The translations under genes and the position numbers were made by a program. From contig CAWDEM010000004.1 of assembly GCA_963801355.1 (NCBI GenBank), positions 832,001-896,000 of the forward strand: 64,000 nt of DNA, read 5' to 3'. The stretch is from Ignavibacteriota bacterium (GTDB lineage Bacteria; Bacteroidota; Ignavibacteria; UBA10030; UBA6906). Within the stretch, counting starts at the first letter, position 1; every line of letters starts with the position of its first letter. The notes below the pieces were generated by a model that saw nothing but the letters and a program-made list of their open reading frames with translations, was not told the DNA's origin and made no database searches. Shown piece after piece: positions 1-9,722 of the stretch.

Positions 1-1
1 A

Positions 2-2413
2 ATGACCGAGAGCAAGCCGTCATTCTACAAGAGAAAGGCTGAATGGAGGAAGATCATCGATGAATACTGGGGCCCTGGATTGCCGTATCAACAGAAGTTG
101 CAGGTGTTCAACACGTTTGCCGATTTCGTCCAGACCAAATTCTCCGCGTTCAACGGGCTTGGGATCAATTGGGATTCACTCCGCACCTACTATCGCAACC
201 AGATCACCGACTCCACAAGTCACGGCAGATTCTCCGGAATCATGAATGCCCTGGCTTACAGTCTGCGGGAGGCGCATACCATTGTGTTGGACAGCACCTA
301 CTTCAAGGTCGACATGGCGGCAGGCAGGGTCATCTATCCTCCCTGGGGGACCCCGGTTCTGGTAATGTACGGTGTGGACGCGAATCACTTTGGGGCGACT
401 CTTTCCCCATTGCCAGACAGCTCACTTCTGGTGATACGGACGATACCGAACCATCCGCTCGGACTGGTCCCGGGTGACGTTGTCCTGGGGTATGAGGGGT
501 CTCCATGGAGGTATCTGTGGAAGGAACTCCTAGCCATGGAGATGCCCTCCTTTCTACTGTTTGGCGGCTCCTGGAGTTCGCAGGAACATCTATGGCTTGC
601 GGCCGCGGGGATGAACTGGCACTTGTTCGATACCATCGATGTGGTGAAGTACCCGACGGGAGACACGCTCCACCTGCCAGTGGACACGCTGAAAACTCTG
701 AACGTGTCCCAACTTGTGTACAACAACCAGTCACTGGCGATTGCCGGAGTTCCTGAGCCGGACTACAAGCACCCTTTCTATTTCAACACGAGGCCCGTTA
801 CCTATGGCAGAGTCCAGGGAACGAACGTCGGCTATGTCTATGTCACGGCACACACCAAGCCCGCCACCCGCGATGAGTTTGTTCGGGCAGTCGATGCGCT
901 GTGGGATACGGATGGCATGATCATTGATATCCGTCATGACACTGGAGGAGAAACGCTGTACCATCTCGGACAGGGTCTTGCGAAAATGATGAACTTCAAG
1001 ACATACACGTTCGACATGTATCGGCGTGCTTCCGCTTCGGATTATTTCGCACTCGCAAAGTTCCTCCCACCCCCAGGGTCTGCAGGCGGAAAAGACTGGT
1101 ACATTGACGCCGACCCTGAGACGGTCTATGACCGGCCGGTTGCTGTGCTCGTAGGCCCGGTCTGCGCGAGTATGGGTGACGTGTCTGCGTACATGTTGAA
1201 GCATGTTCCGAATGCACGGTTCTTCGGGAAGCCCACACGCGGATGCATGGCCGGACACTGGGACGAGGAACTGCTGCGAAACCTCTTTGGTTTCGACATG
1301 GATGTGTCAGACGTAATCTGTATGGACTACTATAGCCCACCACGCATGCTCGAGCGCGCTGACTTTCCCGTTGACGAGGAGGTCTGGCTGACACAGGAGG
1401 ATGTGGTGAAAGGGGAGGATACCGTCGTCAAGCGCGCACTGGCGTGGATCCGCAGCGTCGCTCATGCCCACGATGTGGTCGCTTCCGCACGGTTCTGCAA
1501 ACCCGGCAGTGATACCATTCAAGTGACTACTCACGCAGAAAACCCGAGCGATCATCTGATATCGCTTATGGCCTACTTCGAGGCAGATTCCATTGCTGTA
1601 GATTCCGCTGCGTTCGCTGATGACGGTCTTCACGGCGACGGGGCGAGTGGCGATGGCGTCTGGGGGACATCCTGGTCTGTACCTGCGGGTGAACGATTCT
1701 ACAACGTTGGATTTCGGGTGGCCGATCCGACTGATCCATCGACGTATCCGCTGCCGTACGCTGCCCGGTTCACCACCGCGGGTCCCCTCATGTTCGCCGG
1801 GTACACGTTCTCAACTTCTGATACCGTAGCAGGCCCCGGGAAGACCATGAGCTACCAAGTTGCGCTGAGGAATCGTGGAACCACGGCAACGGTGCCGAAC
1901 GTCACTGCGAGGGTACGTTCGCTGGATACAACCGTATTAGTCCAGAACGTTGAGCTGGGGTATGGAGATCTTTCGGCAGGCCAATCGTCTGCCGGGACGG
2001 TCGCTCAGAGAGTGCGTTATTCAACATCCCGCCCGGGAAACTACGTAGTCCAGTTTGTGGTCGACATCTCGAGCAATGAAGTGCTCTACTGGAATGACAC
2101 GTTTGCAGATCTTGTTACTGGCGTTGGTCAGCCTGAACAGGTTCTGCCCAAGGTGTTTGCGCTTGACCAAAACTATCCCAACCCCTTCAACCCATCTACG
2201 ACCATCCGTTACGGCCTGCCGAACAGGGCAACGGTTCGACTCACTGTTTTCAATACTCTCGGTCAGCAGGTCATTCTTCTGCAGAATGGGGAGCAAGACG
2301 CAGGGTATCACGAGGTCAAGTTCGACGCCTCGGGGTTGTCAAGCGGAGTGTATTTCTATCGACTGCGAGCCGAGAATTTTGTATCCACGAAGAAGATGTT
2401 GATTTTGCGATAG
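2..2413 (+). CDS. S41-family peptidase with a DDGxxGD anchor-like domain and T9SS C-terminal sorting domain; probably 5'-truncated by the window edge
   Basis: S41 motifs GMIIDIRHDTGG and VLVGPVCASMGD; FADDGLHGDGASGDGVWG; CTD LDQNYPNPFNPST...VSTKKMLILR; no signal peptide at the ORF start. Confidence 0.8.
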   Translation: MTESKPSFYKRKAEWRKIIDEYWGPGLPYQQKLQVFNTFADFVQTKFSAFNGLGINWDSLRTYYRNQITDSTSHGRFSGIMNALAYSLREAHTIVLDSTYFKVDMAAGRVIYPPWGTPVLVMYGVDANHFGATLSPLPDSSLLVIRTIPNHPLGLVPGDVVLGYEGSPWRYLWKELLAMEMPSFLLFGGSWSSQEHLWLAAAGMNWHLFDTIDVVKYPTGDTLHLPVDTLKTLNVSQLVYNNQSLAIAGVPEPDYKHPFYFNTRPVTYGRVQGTNVGYVYVTAHTKPATRDEFVRAVDALWDTDGMIIDIRHDTGGETLYHLGQGLAKMMNFKTYTFDMYRRASASDYFALAKFLPPPGSAGGKDWYIDADPETVYDRPVAVLVGPVCASMGDVSAYMLKHVPNARFFGKPTRGCMAGHWDEELLRNLFGFDMDVSDVICMDYYSPPRMLERADFPVDEEVWLTQEDVVKGEDTVVKRALAWIRSVAHAHDVVASARFCKPGSDTIQVTTHAENPSDHLISLMAYFEADSIAVDSAAFADDGLHGDGASGDGVWGTSWSVPAGERFYNVGFRVADPTDPSTYPLPYAARFTTAGPLMFAGYTFSTSDTVAGPGKTMSYQVALRNRGTTATVPNVTARVRSLDTTVLVQNVELGYGDLSAGQSSAGTVAQRVRYSTSRPGNYVVQFVVDISSNEVLYWNDTFADLVTGVGQPEQVLPKVFALDQNYPNPFNPSTTIRYGLPNRATVRLTVFNTLGQQVILLQNGEQDAGYHEVKFDASGLSSGVYFYRLRAENFVSTKKMLILR

Positions 2414-2431
2414 ATTCCTAGCAAACCGGAG

Positions 2432-2560
2432 ATTCGGCCCGGTGATGATTATTGGGCGCACAGCAGTCTCGTAAAGGGTATGGTCTCGTGGAAATGCAGA
2501 AGAAATCCGAAGCTCGTGCAGCTGTCAACGGGCTGCAGGCCCAACGCATATCTATCAGCA
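2432..2560 (+). pseudogene. Remnant of an RRM (RNP-1) RNA-binding protein gene
   Basis: SRKGYGLVEMQKKSEARAAVNGLQ resembles RNP1 (KGFGFVEM...EA..AI.GLN); no intact start and no complete domain. Confidence 0.45.
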
Positions 2561-2700
2561 GAAGCCCCGGAAATGCACTTCCTGATTGGGGAAGGCGAAA
2601 TACCACAGACGTGCGATTGACTCTTGCCCAGCGCCGACGCAGTTTAGCTCCAGTTGTGAAGAATGATGCAGCCTTGTGCCCTTTAGCGGAGGACAGAGAA

Positions 2701-4929
2701 ATGAGACCAGTGAAGTTGCTATGCATCGCGCAGCTTGCCGCCGTCGGCTTCTTGTCAGGACAAGAGAGCTGGCATTTCCAGAATCCAGTGCCGACCTCGA
2801 GCCATTTGCGTTCTGTATGCTTTGTCGACGAGAACACAGGTTGGGCGGCTGGGTGGTACGGTACCATAATCAACACAACAGATGGCGGCAGAACCTGGCA
2901 CTTCCAGGAGGCGTGCAATGCAGATTGGATCGGCCAGGTATTCTTTGTCGACGCCAAGACAGGATGGGCCACTGGCGGAAGGCTAACAGGCGGGGAATCG
3001 TGGTATGCTCCAGTATACGAACCCGTTCTCCTTCACACAAAGGACGGCGGTTTGCACTGGTCACTCCAATTCTCTCTTGATACGTCGGCCGGTGATTGGG
3101 GCCGAACACCTATCTTTTTCACGGATGGGCACACTGGATGGATGGTTGGGTCTGTCGGGAAACTGGAGCACCGCTCGATTCTCAAAACTACTGACGCGGG
3201 TGAACACTGGTCGATACAGGGAAACACAGGATGGGGGACCCTCTCGCTCTTCTTCGTTGACACGCTCACAGGATGGGCAGTTGGTGGCGAATCAGAAATG
3301 AGTGCAGTCAGCATTCTGAAGACCTCCGATGGCGGTGAACACTGGATCTCTCAATCAGGCGGGGTCAATGGTTTCCTTGAATCGGTTTTCTTCGTTGACG
3401 ACACCACGGGCTGGGCTGTTGGCGCACCCAACATCACTCTCAAAACAACCAATGGAGGAATGGACTGGACCCAACAGTCGGGCAACGTTTCCGCCAGCTC
3501 TGTCTACTTTGCAAACGCGGATCGGGGGTTTGCCACGGGATGGGGAGGTTTCTTTCTAACCACTGACGGCGGGAACCATTGGGAGGTGCAGCCAACCGCT
3601 ATGACAGCTCTTTCAGTTTGCTGCGTCAACAACGACATTGGCTGGCGTGTCGGGAATAACGGGACAATCCAGAAGACCACCGACGGGGGGTGGATGTGGG
3701 AATTCCAGAGCAAGACCTTCACATCTGGCGATTTGCGGGCCGTCGATTTTGTAGATCAACTCTCAGGTTGGGTGGTTGGGGAAGGGTGGCCAGGCATCTA
3801 TCACAGTAGCGATGGGGGGGGCACCTGGGAGGCGCAAGACTCTACTTCGTCAACAATGCCATATTTCACCGATTTGAACGACCTTTTCTTTTACGATTCA
3901 ATGAATGGCTGGGCAACAGGGAGAAAGGCCGTATCGGGAAACCATGATATTCTTATTCTTCACACGTCCAATGGGGGCAAGTATTGGGAGGAACAAGCTC
4001 CCAGTATTCGGGGAAATCTGTACGCTATCACGTTCGTCGATCAAAACACTGGATGGGCAGTGGGCGAGGGGGGGACAATCCTGTACACAAAGGATGCTGG
4101 TAGCCAGTGGAGCAAACAAGAATCCGGCACCACCGAAATACTGTTCGACGTTGATTTTGTGGACTACAGCCACGGGTGGATCGCTGGATATGGAGGTGTA
4201 CTTCGTACGGAAGACGGCGGCGTGAACTGGGAAGGCTCATTGGGGGGAGCTTGTCCACAGTCAATAGACTTCGTTGACTCGGTCCATGGATGGGGTGCCC
4301 GATCCTATTCTCCTAACCCGATCGCACTGGGCAAGAGTGTTCAGAACGTCCTTGGCGATAGAAGCGTCATTTGGAATACGAATGACGGGGGAATGAGCTG
4401 GACGGTTCAATGTGGGGGTAACCGCTCTACAAGATCTGTCATGTTCCTTGACAGTTTGGTTGGCTGGGCCGTGGGATCAGAGGTGCTCTACACGGCAGAT
4501 GGGGGGCGGACCTGGAAGCGTTCCCGCATCCCTGTTGGGTCCATCTACTCAATTGATTTTGTTAATGCAAGGAGTGGATGGCTCGTAGGTTGGGACGGGG
4601 CTATCATGCATACGTCGGATGGCGGCGTGACCTTCTTCGAAGGGACCGCTCCGAGAGACATTCCGCGCCAACTCCATCTCAGTCAAAACTACCCCAACCC
4701 GTTCAATCCGAGCACGACCATCAAGTACGAATTGCCGAAGTCCTCGGAAGTTAGGTTGAGTGTCTACGACATGCTTGGCCGCGAGGTATCCGTGTTGGTG
4801 AATGACAGAATGGACGCTGGAGTTCACGAGGTTAGGTTCGATGGTTCGAATCTTGCGACTGGTGTGTACATGTCTCGTCTGACGGCGGGAAGTAACGTCC
4901 AATCGCGCAAATTACTTCTCTTACGTTGA
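2701..4929 (+). CDS. YCF48/BNR-repeat beta-propeller secreted protein with T9SS CTD
   Basis: Repeated F(V/F)D..TGWAVG..G.I..T.DGG..W units; start moved to ATG 2701 (GGAGG upstream, signal peptide); CTD LSQNYPNPFNPST. Confidence 0.85.
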   Translation: MRPVKLLCIAQLAAVGFLSGQESWHFQNPVPTSSHLRSVCFVDENTGWAAGWYGTIINTTDGGRTWHFQEACNADWIGQVFFVDAKTGWATGGRLTGGESWYAPVYEPVLLHTKDGGLHWSLQFSLDTSAGDWGRTPIFFTDGHTGWMVGSVGKLEHRSILKTTDAGEHWSIQGNTGWGTLSLFFVDTLTGWAVGGESEMSAVSILKTSDGGEHWISQSGGVNGFLESVFFVDDTTGWAVGAPNITLKTTNGGMDWTQQSGNVSASSVYFANADRGFATGWGGFFLTTDGGNHWEVQPTAMTALSVCCVNNDIGWRVGNNGTIQKTTDGGWMWEFQSKTFTSGDLRAVDFVDQLSGWVVGEGWPGIYHSSDGGGTWEAQDSTSSTMPYFTDLNDLFFYDSMNGWATGRKAVSGNHDILILHTSNGGKYWEEQAPSIRGNLYAITFVDQNTGWAVGEGGTILYTKDAGSQWSKQESGTTEILFDVDFVDYSHGWIAGYGGVLRTEDGGVNWEGSLGGACPQSIDFVDSVHGWGARSYSPNPIALGKSVQNVLGDRSVIWNTNDGGMSWTVQCGGNRSTRSVMFLDSLVGWAVGSEVLYTADGGRTWKRSRIPVGSIYSIDFVNARSGWLVGWDGAIMHTSDGGVTFFEGTAPRDIPRQLHLSQNYPNPFNPSTTIKYELPKSSEVRLSVYDMLGREVSVLVNDRMDAGVHEVRFDGSNLATGVYMSRLTAGSNVQSRKLLLLR

Positions 4930-5119
4930 CGAGCAAGAGATCCGCAGGCGAAAGAAACAGGCTTGGAACTGATTCCAAGCCTGTTCTTCATTGTGATACC
5001 GGGGATCTGTCTATCGAAGCAATGAAGTGTTCTTGTAGAGAATTCCTCGTCCGTGAGGTCAAACGTGCTGTACACGCCTTGTTTATGCTCCTCAACACCC
5101 ACTTTCCCGCAGGACACCT

Positions 5120-5362
5120 ATGATGAAAGCGATGGCTTGCTCTTTCGCCGCCGTGTGTATCCTCTGCCCCGCATTGGAAGCACAAGTTCAACCCCAGACT
5201 CTCCAAGACAGCACGCTGACAATTGAGATCCAAGGAAATCATTATGAAGTGGCATCAGCGCCTGCACTGAACAGTGCTCTAGCGAAACCTGGGAGATGTG
5301 CTGCTCTGTTCTCGTGGGGCTCCCGACAGTATGTGCGAAAGAGCATTGTTGGAAAGGTTTAG
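5120..5362 (+). other. Small ORF with a signal-peptide-like N-terminus; possible truncated secreted-protein gene
   Basis: AGGA upstream; MMKAMACSFAAVCILCPALEAQ; remainder unrecognisable. Confidence 0.25.
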
Positions 5363-5557
5363 AGGGTTCGCTGATGCATCGGATGATGCCCCAGCCAGAG
5401 GAGGGAAAGATTACATTGAGGAGCGGATTTCTTCAAAGTTGTGAAGAAATATCGAAAACCGCCATACTGCCCTTCAATCTCTGCCAATCTGCAGGGTGAA
5501 CAAGAAGAATATCGAGCCGGTCTTTTGTATCTTCCAGCATCATCAACGGGAGACAGC

Positions 5558-6973
5558 GTGAACAAGACAGCGTATCTCATCATGATATGTCTGATTTCCA
5601 CCCTGGGTGGATTCCTCTTCGGGTATGATACAGCGGTCATCTCCGGGACTCTGACATTCGTGCGGACACAATTTCAAATGGACGCCCTGCTCGAAGGGTG
5701 GTTTGTTGGATCAGCACTGCTGGGATGTGTCGTCGGTGTGGCCTTTGCGGGAATTCTCGCAGATCAGTTTGGTCGTAAAATGACATTGGTCCTCTCTGCG
5801 ATTCTCTTGCTTGTGTCAGCTGTCGGCTGCATGATCGCCGGTAATCTGACCGCCCTGATTCTCTACCGGTGGATAGGTGGTCTTGGCGTCGGGGTGGCGT
5901 CCATGCTGTCGCCTCTGTTTATCTCGGAGATGTCCGGGCCGGGCATCCGGGGCCGGATGGTATCGCTCTATCAACTGGCAATCACCATCGGGATTCTCGC
6001 CGCGTATTTTGCCAACGCAGAACTCTTATCGCTGGGCCAGGCCACGCGGTTCGAGGAGGGTGGATTCTGGCAATGGACGATCTCGGCGGAAGTCTGGAGG
6101 GGGATGTTCGGGGCGGAGGCTCTTCCCGGAGTCCTCTTCCTCATGCTGCTCTTCTTTGTGCCTGAAAGCCCGCGCTGGCTCATGGTACGGAAGAGGGAAA
6201 CAGAGGCGCGTGCTGTACTCAACCGCATCATGAGTGAGGAAGACGCGGAAAGGGAAGTGGGAGAGATCAGAGGGATCCTTGCTCAGGAGCAGATTTCATG
6301 GAAGCAGTTGCTTGCTCCGGGAATCCGTAGCGCTGTCCTTATCGGTATGGCCCTCGCGATTCTATCGCAGTTTTCCGGCATCAACGCCATCATCTACTAC
6401 GGCCCTCGCATCTTCGAATCAGCCGGATTCGGGGTGGGGGGATCGTTGAGTGGGCAGGTCATCATCGGGGTTGTGAACGTACTTTTCACTCTGATCGCAA
6501 TATGGAAAATCGACCAGATGGGGAGAAGGGTCCTTCTGATAGCGGGATGCGTCGGCATGATTCTGTCCCATTTGGCAATCGGGACTGTGTTCTATACCGG
6601 GCAGACTGGCGGGCCTCTCTTGATGATCTTCATTCCCATGTTCATCGCATTCTTCGCCTTCTCGTATGGGCCGGTGATCTGGACGCTTCTGTCGGAGATC
6701 TATCCCAACGCGGTGCGGGGCCGGGCCATGTCGATTGCCACGTTGACGCTCTGGGTTGGTACGTTTATTATAGGTCAGACCGTACCGTGGATGCTTGAGA
6801 CTTTACAGCCGTATGGAACCTTCTGGCTCTTTTCGCTCATGCTGGTTCCAGCCATCTGGATCACGTGGAAATTGGTTCCGGAAACCAAAGGCCTGACGCT
6901 CGAGCAGATAGAACGCTACTGGCTCTCCCGCTCACATGGGGAGACTCAAGAACTTCTCTCAGGTCGCCGCTGA
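5558..6973 (+). CDS. Sugar porter family MFS transporter (XylE/AraE-like)
   Basis: GFLFGYDTAVISG, D.FGRK, PESPRWL, QFSGINAIIYY, PETKG; GTG start after GGGAG. Confidence 0.92.
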   Translation: MNKTAYLIMICLISTLGGFLFGYDTAVISGTLTFVRTQFQMDALLEGWFVGSALLGCVVGVAFAGILADQFGRKMTLVLSAILLLVSAVGCMIAGNLTALILYRWIGGLGVGVASMLSPLFISEMSGPGIRGRMVSLYQLAITIGILAAYFANAELLSLGQATRFEEGGFWQWTISAEVWRGMFGAEALPGVLFLMLLFFVPESPRWLMVRKRETEARAVLNRIMSEEDAEREVGEIRGILAQEQISWKQLLAPGIRSAVLIGMALAILSQFSGINAIIYYGPRIFESAGFGVGGSLSGQVIIGVVNVLFTLIAIWKIDQMGRRVLLIAGCVGMILSHLAIGTVFYTGQTGGPLLMIFIPMFIAFFAFSYGPVIWTLLSEIYPNAVRGRAMSIATLTLWVGTFIIGQTVPWMLETLQPYGTFWLFSLMLVPAIWITWKLVPETKGLTLEQIERYWLSRSHGETQELLSGRR

Positions 6974-6985
6974 GACTGGCGCCAA

Positions 6986-7073
6986 TTGATTCCCGCCCCA
7001 CTCCGTTGTATATTGCCGCCGTACTGCTGGGTCTTCGTGCCGTCGGGATTATGTCCTCCCATGTAGGCTTCCA
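6986..7073 (+). promoter_or_regulatory. Kinase-associated promoter and conserved leader, copy 1
   Basis: TTGATT(6986)-17-TATATT(7009), then GCCGCCGTACTGCTGGGTCTTCGTGCCGTCGGGAT; shared with the copies at 33897 and 50074. Confidence 0.75.
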
Positions 7074-9704
7074 ATGATCGGCCACACTGTCTCTCACTAC
7101 AGAATCCTCGAGAAGCTCGGCGAAGGGGGGATGGGGGTTGTCTACAAAGCCGAGGATCTGAAGCTCACCCGTACGGTTGCCCTGAAGTTTCTTCCCCATG
7201 GTCTCGGTACCGACGAGCCTGAACGGGCGCGTTTTCTGCAGGAAGCTCGCGCCGCCGCCGTCCTGAATCATCCTAACATCTGCACCATTCATGACATCCA
7301 GGAGTATGACGGAGAGCAGTTCATCGTAATGGAATACGTAGAGGGGAGGACTCTCCGCGAAATCGTTCCCGTGAAGAAGATGCAGGATGCGATCACGTAT
7401 GCCATCCAGATTGCCGAAGCCCTCCAGGAGGCGCACACACACGGAATAGTCCACCGCGACATCAAGGCGGAAAATATCATGGTCAACACGAAGAACCAGG
7501 TGAAGGTCATGGACTTCGGGTTGGCCAAGCTCAGGGGATCGCTTAAACTCACCAGAACTTCAAGCACCGTGGGAACACTGGCCTATATGGCACCTGAGCA
7601 GATCCAGGGAGGAGAGGTGGATGCACGGAACGACATCTTCTCATTCGGAGTACTACTGTACGAGATGCTCACCGGTCGCCTGCCGTTCCGGGGGGAGCAT
7701 GAAGCGGCAATGATGTATTCGATTGTGAACGAGGAGCCGGAGCCCCTGCAGCATTATCTCCCGGATGCGCCATCAGAATTGCTGCACATACTTGACCGGG
7801 CACTGGAAAAGGATCGGGAGGAGAGGTACCAGACGGTTCATGATATGCTGATAGACCTTCGCAGGGTGAAGAAGCAGACATCGCGAGTTTCTCGAGTTCC
7901 TGCGCAACCTCTCGCAGTGATCGAAAGGGGTGGAGCCCCCCCTGAAGAACAACAATCGCTGACACCGAGCAAAAGGAAGAAGTCCCCAAGAGCACTCATT
8001 TGGACAGCTTTGGTCGGCCTTCTTGTGCTTGTTGTAGCGATTATTCTCTTTGTCGCTTTGCCGTCCCGAGCACCACGGCTGAATCCCAATATGACCTTTC
8101 ACCCTCTAGAAATTCCCCACAACCAGATAAGCTACCCCAGTCTGTCACGCGACGGCAACTGGATCGCCTTTGGTGCCTGCGATGATGACAAGAGATGGTC
8201 GGTGTATTTCACAAATGCTACCAAAGGCACTCCTAAGAAACTTGTCACTGAACCCTATTACAAAATAGAATCGGTGGATATTTCTCCCGACGGCAGCGAA
8301 ATCCTCTATTGTTGTAGCCAAACGAATATGCCGGGAAGGATCCATGTGATTTCTTCATCAGGTGGACCAAGCAGGAAAATCGCTGAACCAGGGTCCGATG
8401 GTAGATGGCGACCGGACGGCACGAGGATTGGATATACATGCCTTGCGCATGTCACCCAATCCGGTAAACGTGAGTTCAGAACGGTGCGACCGGATGGAAG
8501 CGACGATCGTATCGAATTTGTTGACAGTCTACGATATGTGTGGGGATCGTACGGTTTTGATTGGTCTCCCAATGGGGAATCGGTTGCCTGGCTACGGTCG
8601 TTTGCGAACTCTGAAGAAATCATCATTCGCGATCTGGTATCAGGAGAAGAACGTCGACTGACTTCTTATCGGAAGCCCATTGATGATATTGCATGGTCAC
8701 CGAATGACCAGATTCTCTTTTCTTCAGGCAAAGGCGGCAACGTGAACATTTGGATGGTTGCCGCGAAGGGAGGAGAACCAGTGCAGATCACCAGGGGTAC
8801 AGGACCAGATGTAGGGATGAGGGTGTCGGGTGATGACCAGCGCCTGCTATATCTGGAAACACGATACAGTAGTAACATATGGAGTGCCGACGCAGATGGC
8901 AGGAACGCGCGACAGTTGACTTCTGATGAAAGATTAGCCACCATTCCGACATTTTCACCCGATGGAAAGCAGATTGCCTTCTCAATGAATACTGGGGATT
9001 TGAGGGATCCTGGCAAGAAAGTATTTATCATGCAGAGTGATGGATCGAACCGTATACAACTTCCAACCGGAGAAGGCAACTATGTCAATGCCAGGTGGTC
9101 TCCCGATGGGAGGTTCATTACCACTTCTTTGTGGGCGCCTTATGATTCTGGCCTGGTGTTTCTCATCGAATCACGCAACCCGAGTACACCTAAACTCATT
9201 GGCAAAGGCATCGGTACCTGGTGGATAGATTCACTGAAGTTTGTCACGATCGCTCCAGCGCCAAATGTCTTTACTTCTTTGTACTCCGTTGATAGACCAG
9301 AACCGATAAAGGTGAGTGAGAATTTCACTTGTGAGTTTCCTTTGCCGGACGCGAGACACATACTCGTGGCAAGCTCAAGGAAAGGACAGGAAGGGTGGTG
9401 GTTGAAGCGGTCGGATCGGGGGCAGGACACGGTTGCCACACTGCTATTAGGAAGAGAGTACTTTGGATCTGCCTGGCCAACGGTCAACCTCAGATATCTG
9501 TTGTATGTCAAGCCCAATGGGGAGGTGTGGCGCTTGTCGCTCCCTGACGGTCACCAGCAACGCCTGCCTGCAGTCTTCAATGGTCTGAACCCGTTCCGCA
9601 TGGATTTGCAGCTGAGTTGGAACGATAAACAGGTAGTCTTCAAAAAGGTGCGGGAGAAATCAAGACTGATACTTATCGAGAACCCATTCGATCGAAGGAA
9701 TTGA
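7074..9704 (+). CDS. Hanks-type Ser/Thr kinase with a TM helix and extracytoplasmic TolB-like PD40 beta-propeller
   Basis: GEGGMGVVY, VALK, HRDIKAEN, DFG, GTLAYMAPE; TM segment; repeated (W/F)SPDG. Confidence 0.92.
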   Translation: MIGHTVSHYRILEKLGEGGMGVVYKAEDLKLTRTVALKFLPHGLGTDEPERARFLQEARAAAVLNHPNICTIHDIQEYDGEQFIVMEYVEGRTLREIVPVKKMQDAITYAIQIAEALQEAHTHGIVHRDIKAENIMVNTKNQVKVMDFGLAKLRGSLKLTRTSSTVGTLAYMAPEQIQGGEVDARNDIFSFGVLLYEMLTGRLPFRGEHEAAMMYSIVNEEPEPLQHYLPDAPSELLHILDRALEKDREERYQTVHDMLIDLRRVKKQTSRVSRVPAQPLAVIERGGAPPEEQQSLTPSKRKKSPRALIWTALVGLLVLVVAIILFVALPSRAPRLNPNMTFHPLEIPHNQISYPSLSRDGNWIAFGACDDDKRWSVYFTNATKGTPKKLVTEPYYKIESVDISPDGSEILYCCSQTNMPGRIHVISSSGGPSRKIAEPGSDGRWRPDGTRIGYTCLAHVTQSGKREFRTVRPDGSDDRIEFVDSLRYVWGSYGFDWSPNGESVAWLRSFANSEEIIIRDLVSGEERRLTSYRKPIDDIAWSPNDQILFSSGKGGNVNIWMVAAKGGEPVQITRGTGPDVGMRVSGDDQRLLYLETRYSSNIWSADADGRNARQLTSDERLATIPTFSPDGKQIAFSMNTGDLRDPGKKVFIMQSDGSNRIQLPTGEGNYVNARWSPDGRFITTSLWAPYDSGLVFLIESRNPSTPKLIGKGIGTWWIDSLKFVTIAPAPNVFTSLYSVDRPEPIKVSENFTCEFPLPDARHILVASSRKGQEGWWLKRSDRGQDTVATLLLGREYFGSAWPTVNLRYLLYVKPNGEVWRLSLPDGHQQRLPAVFNGLNPFRMDLQLSWNDKQVVFKKVREKSRLILIENPFDRRN

Positions 9705-9722
9705 ACCAATGAACCTCCGTAC

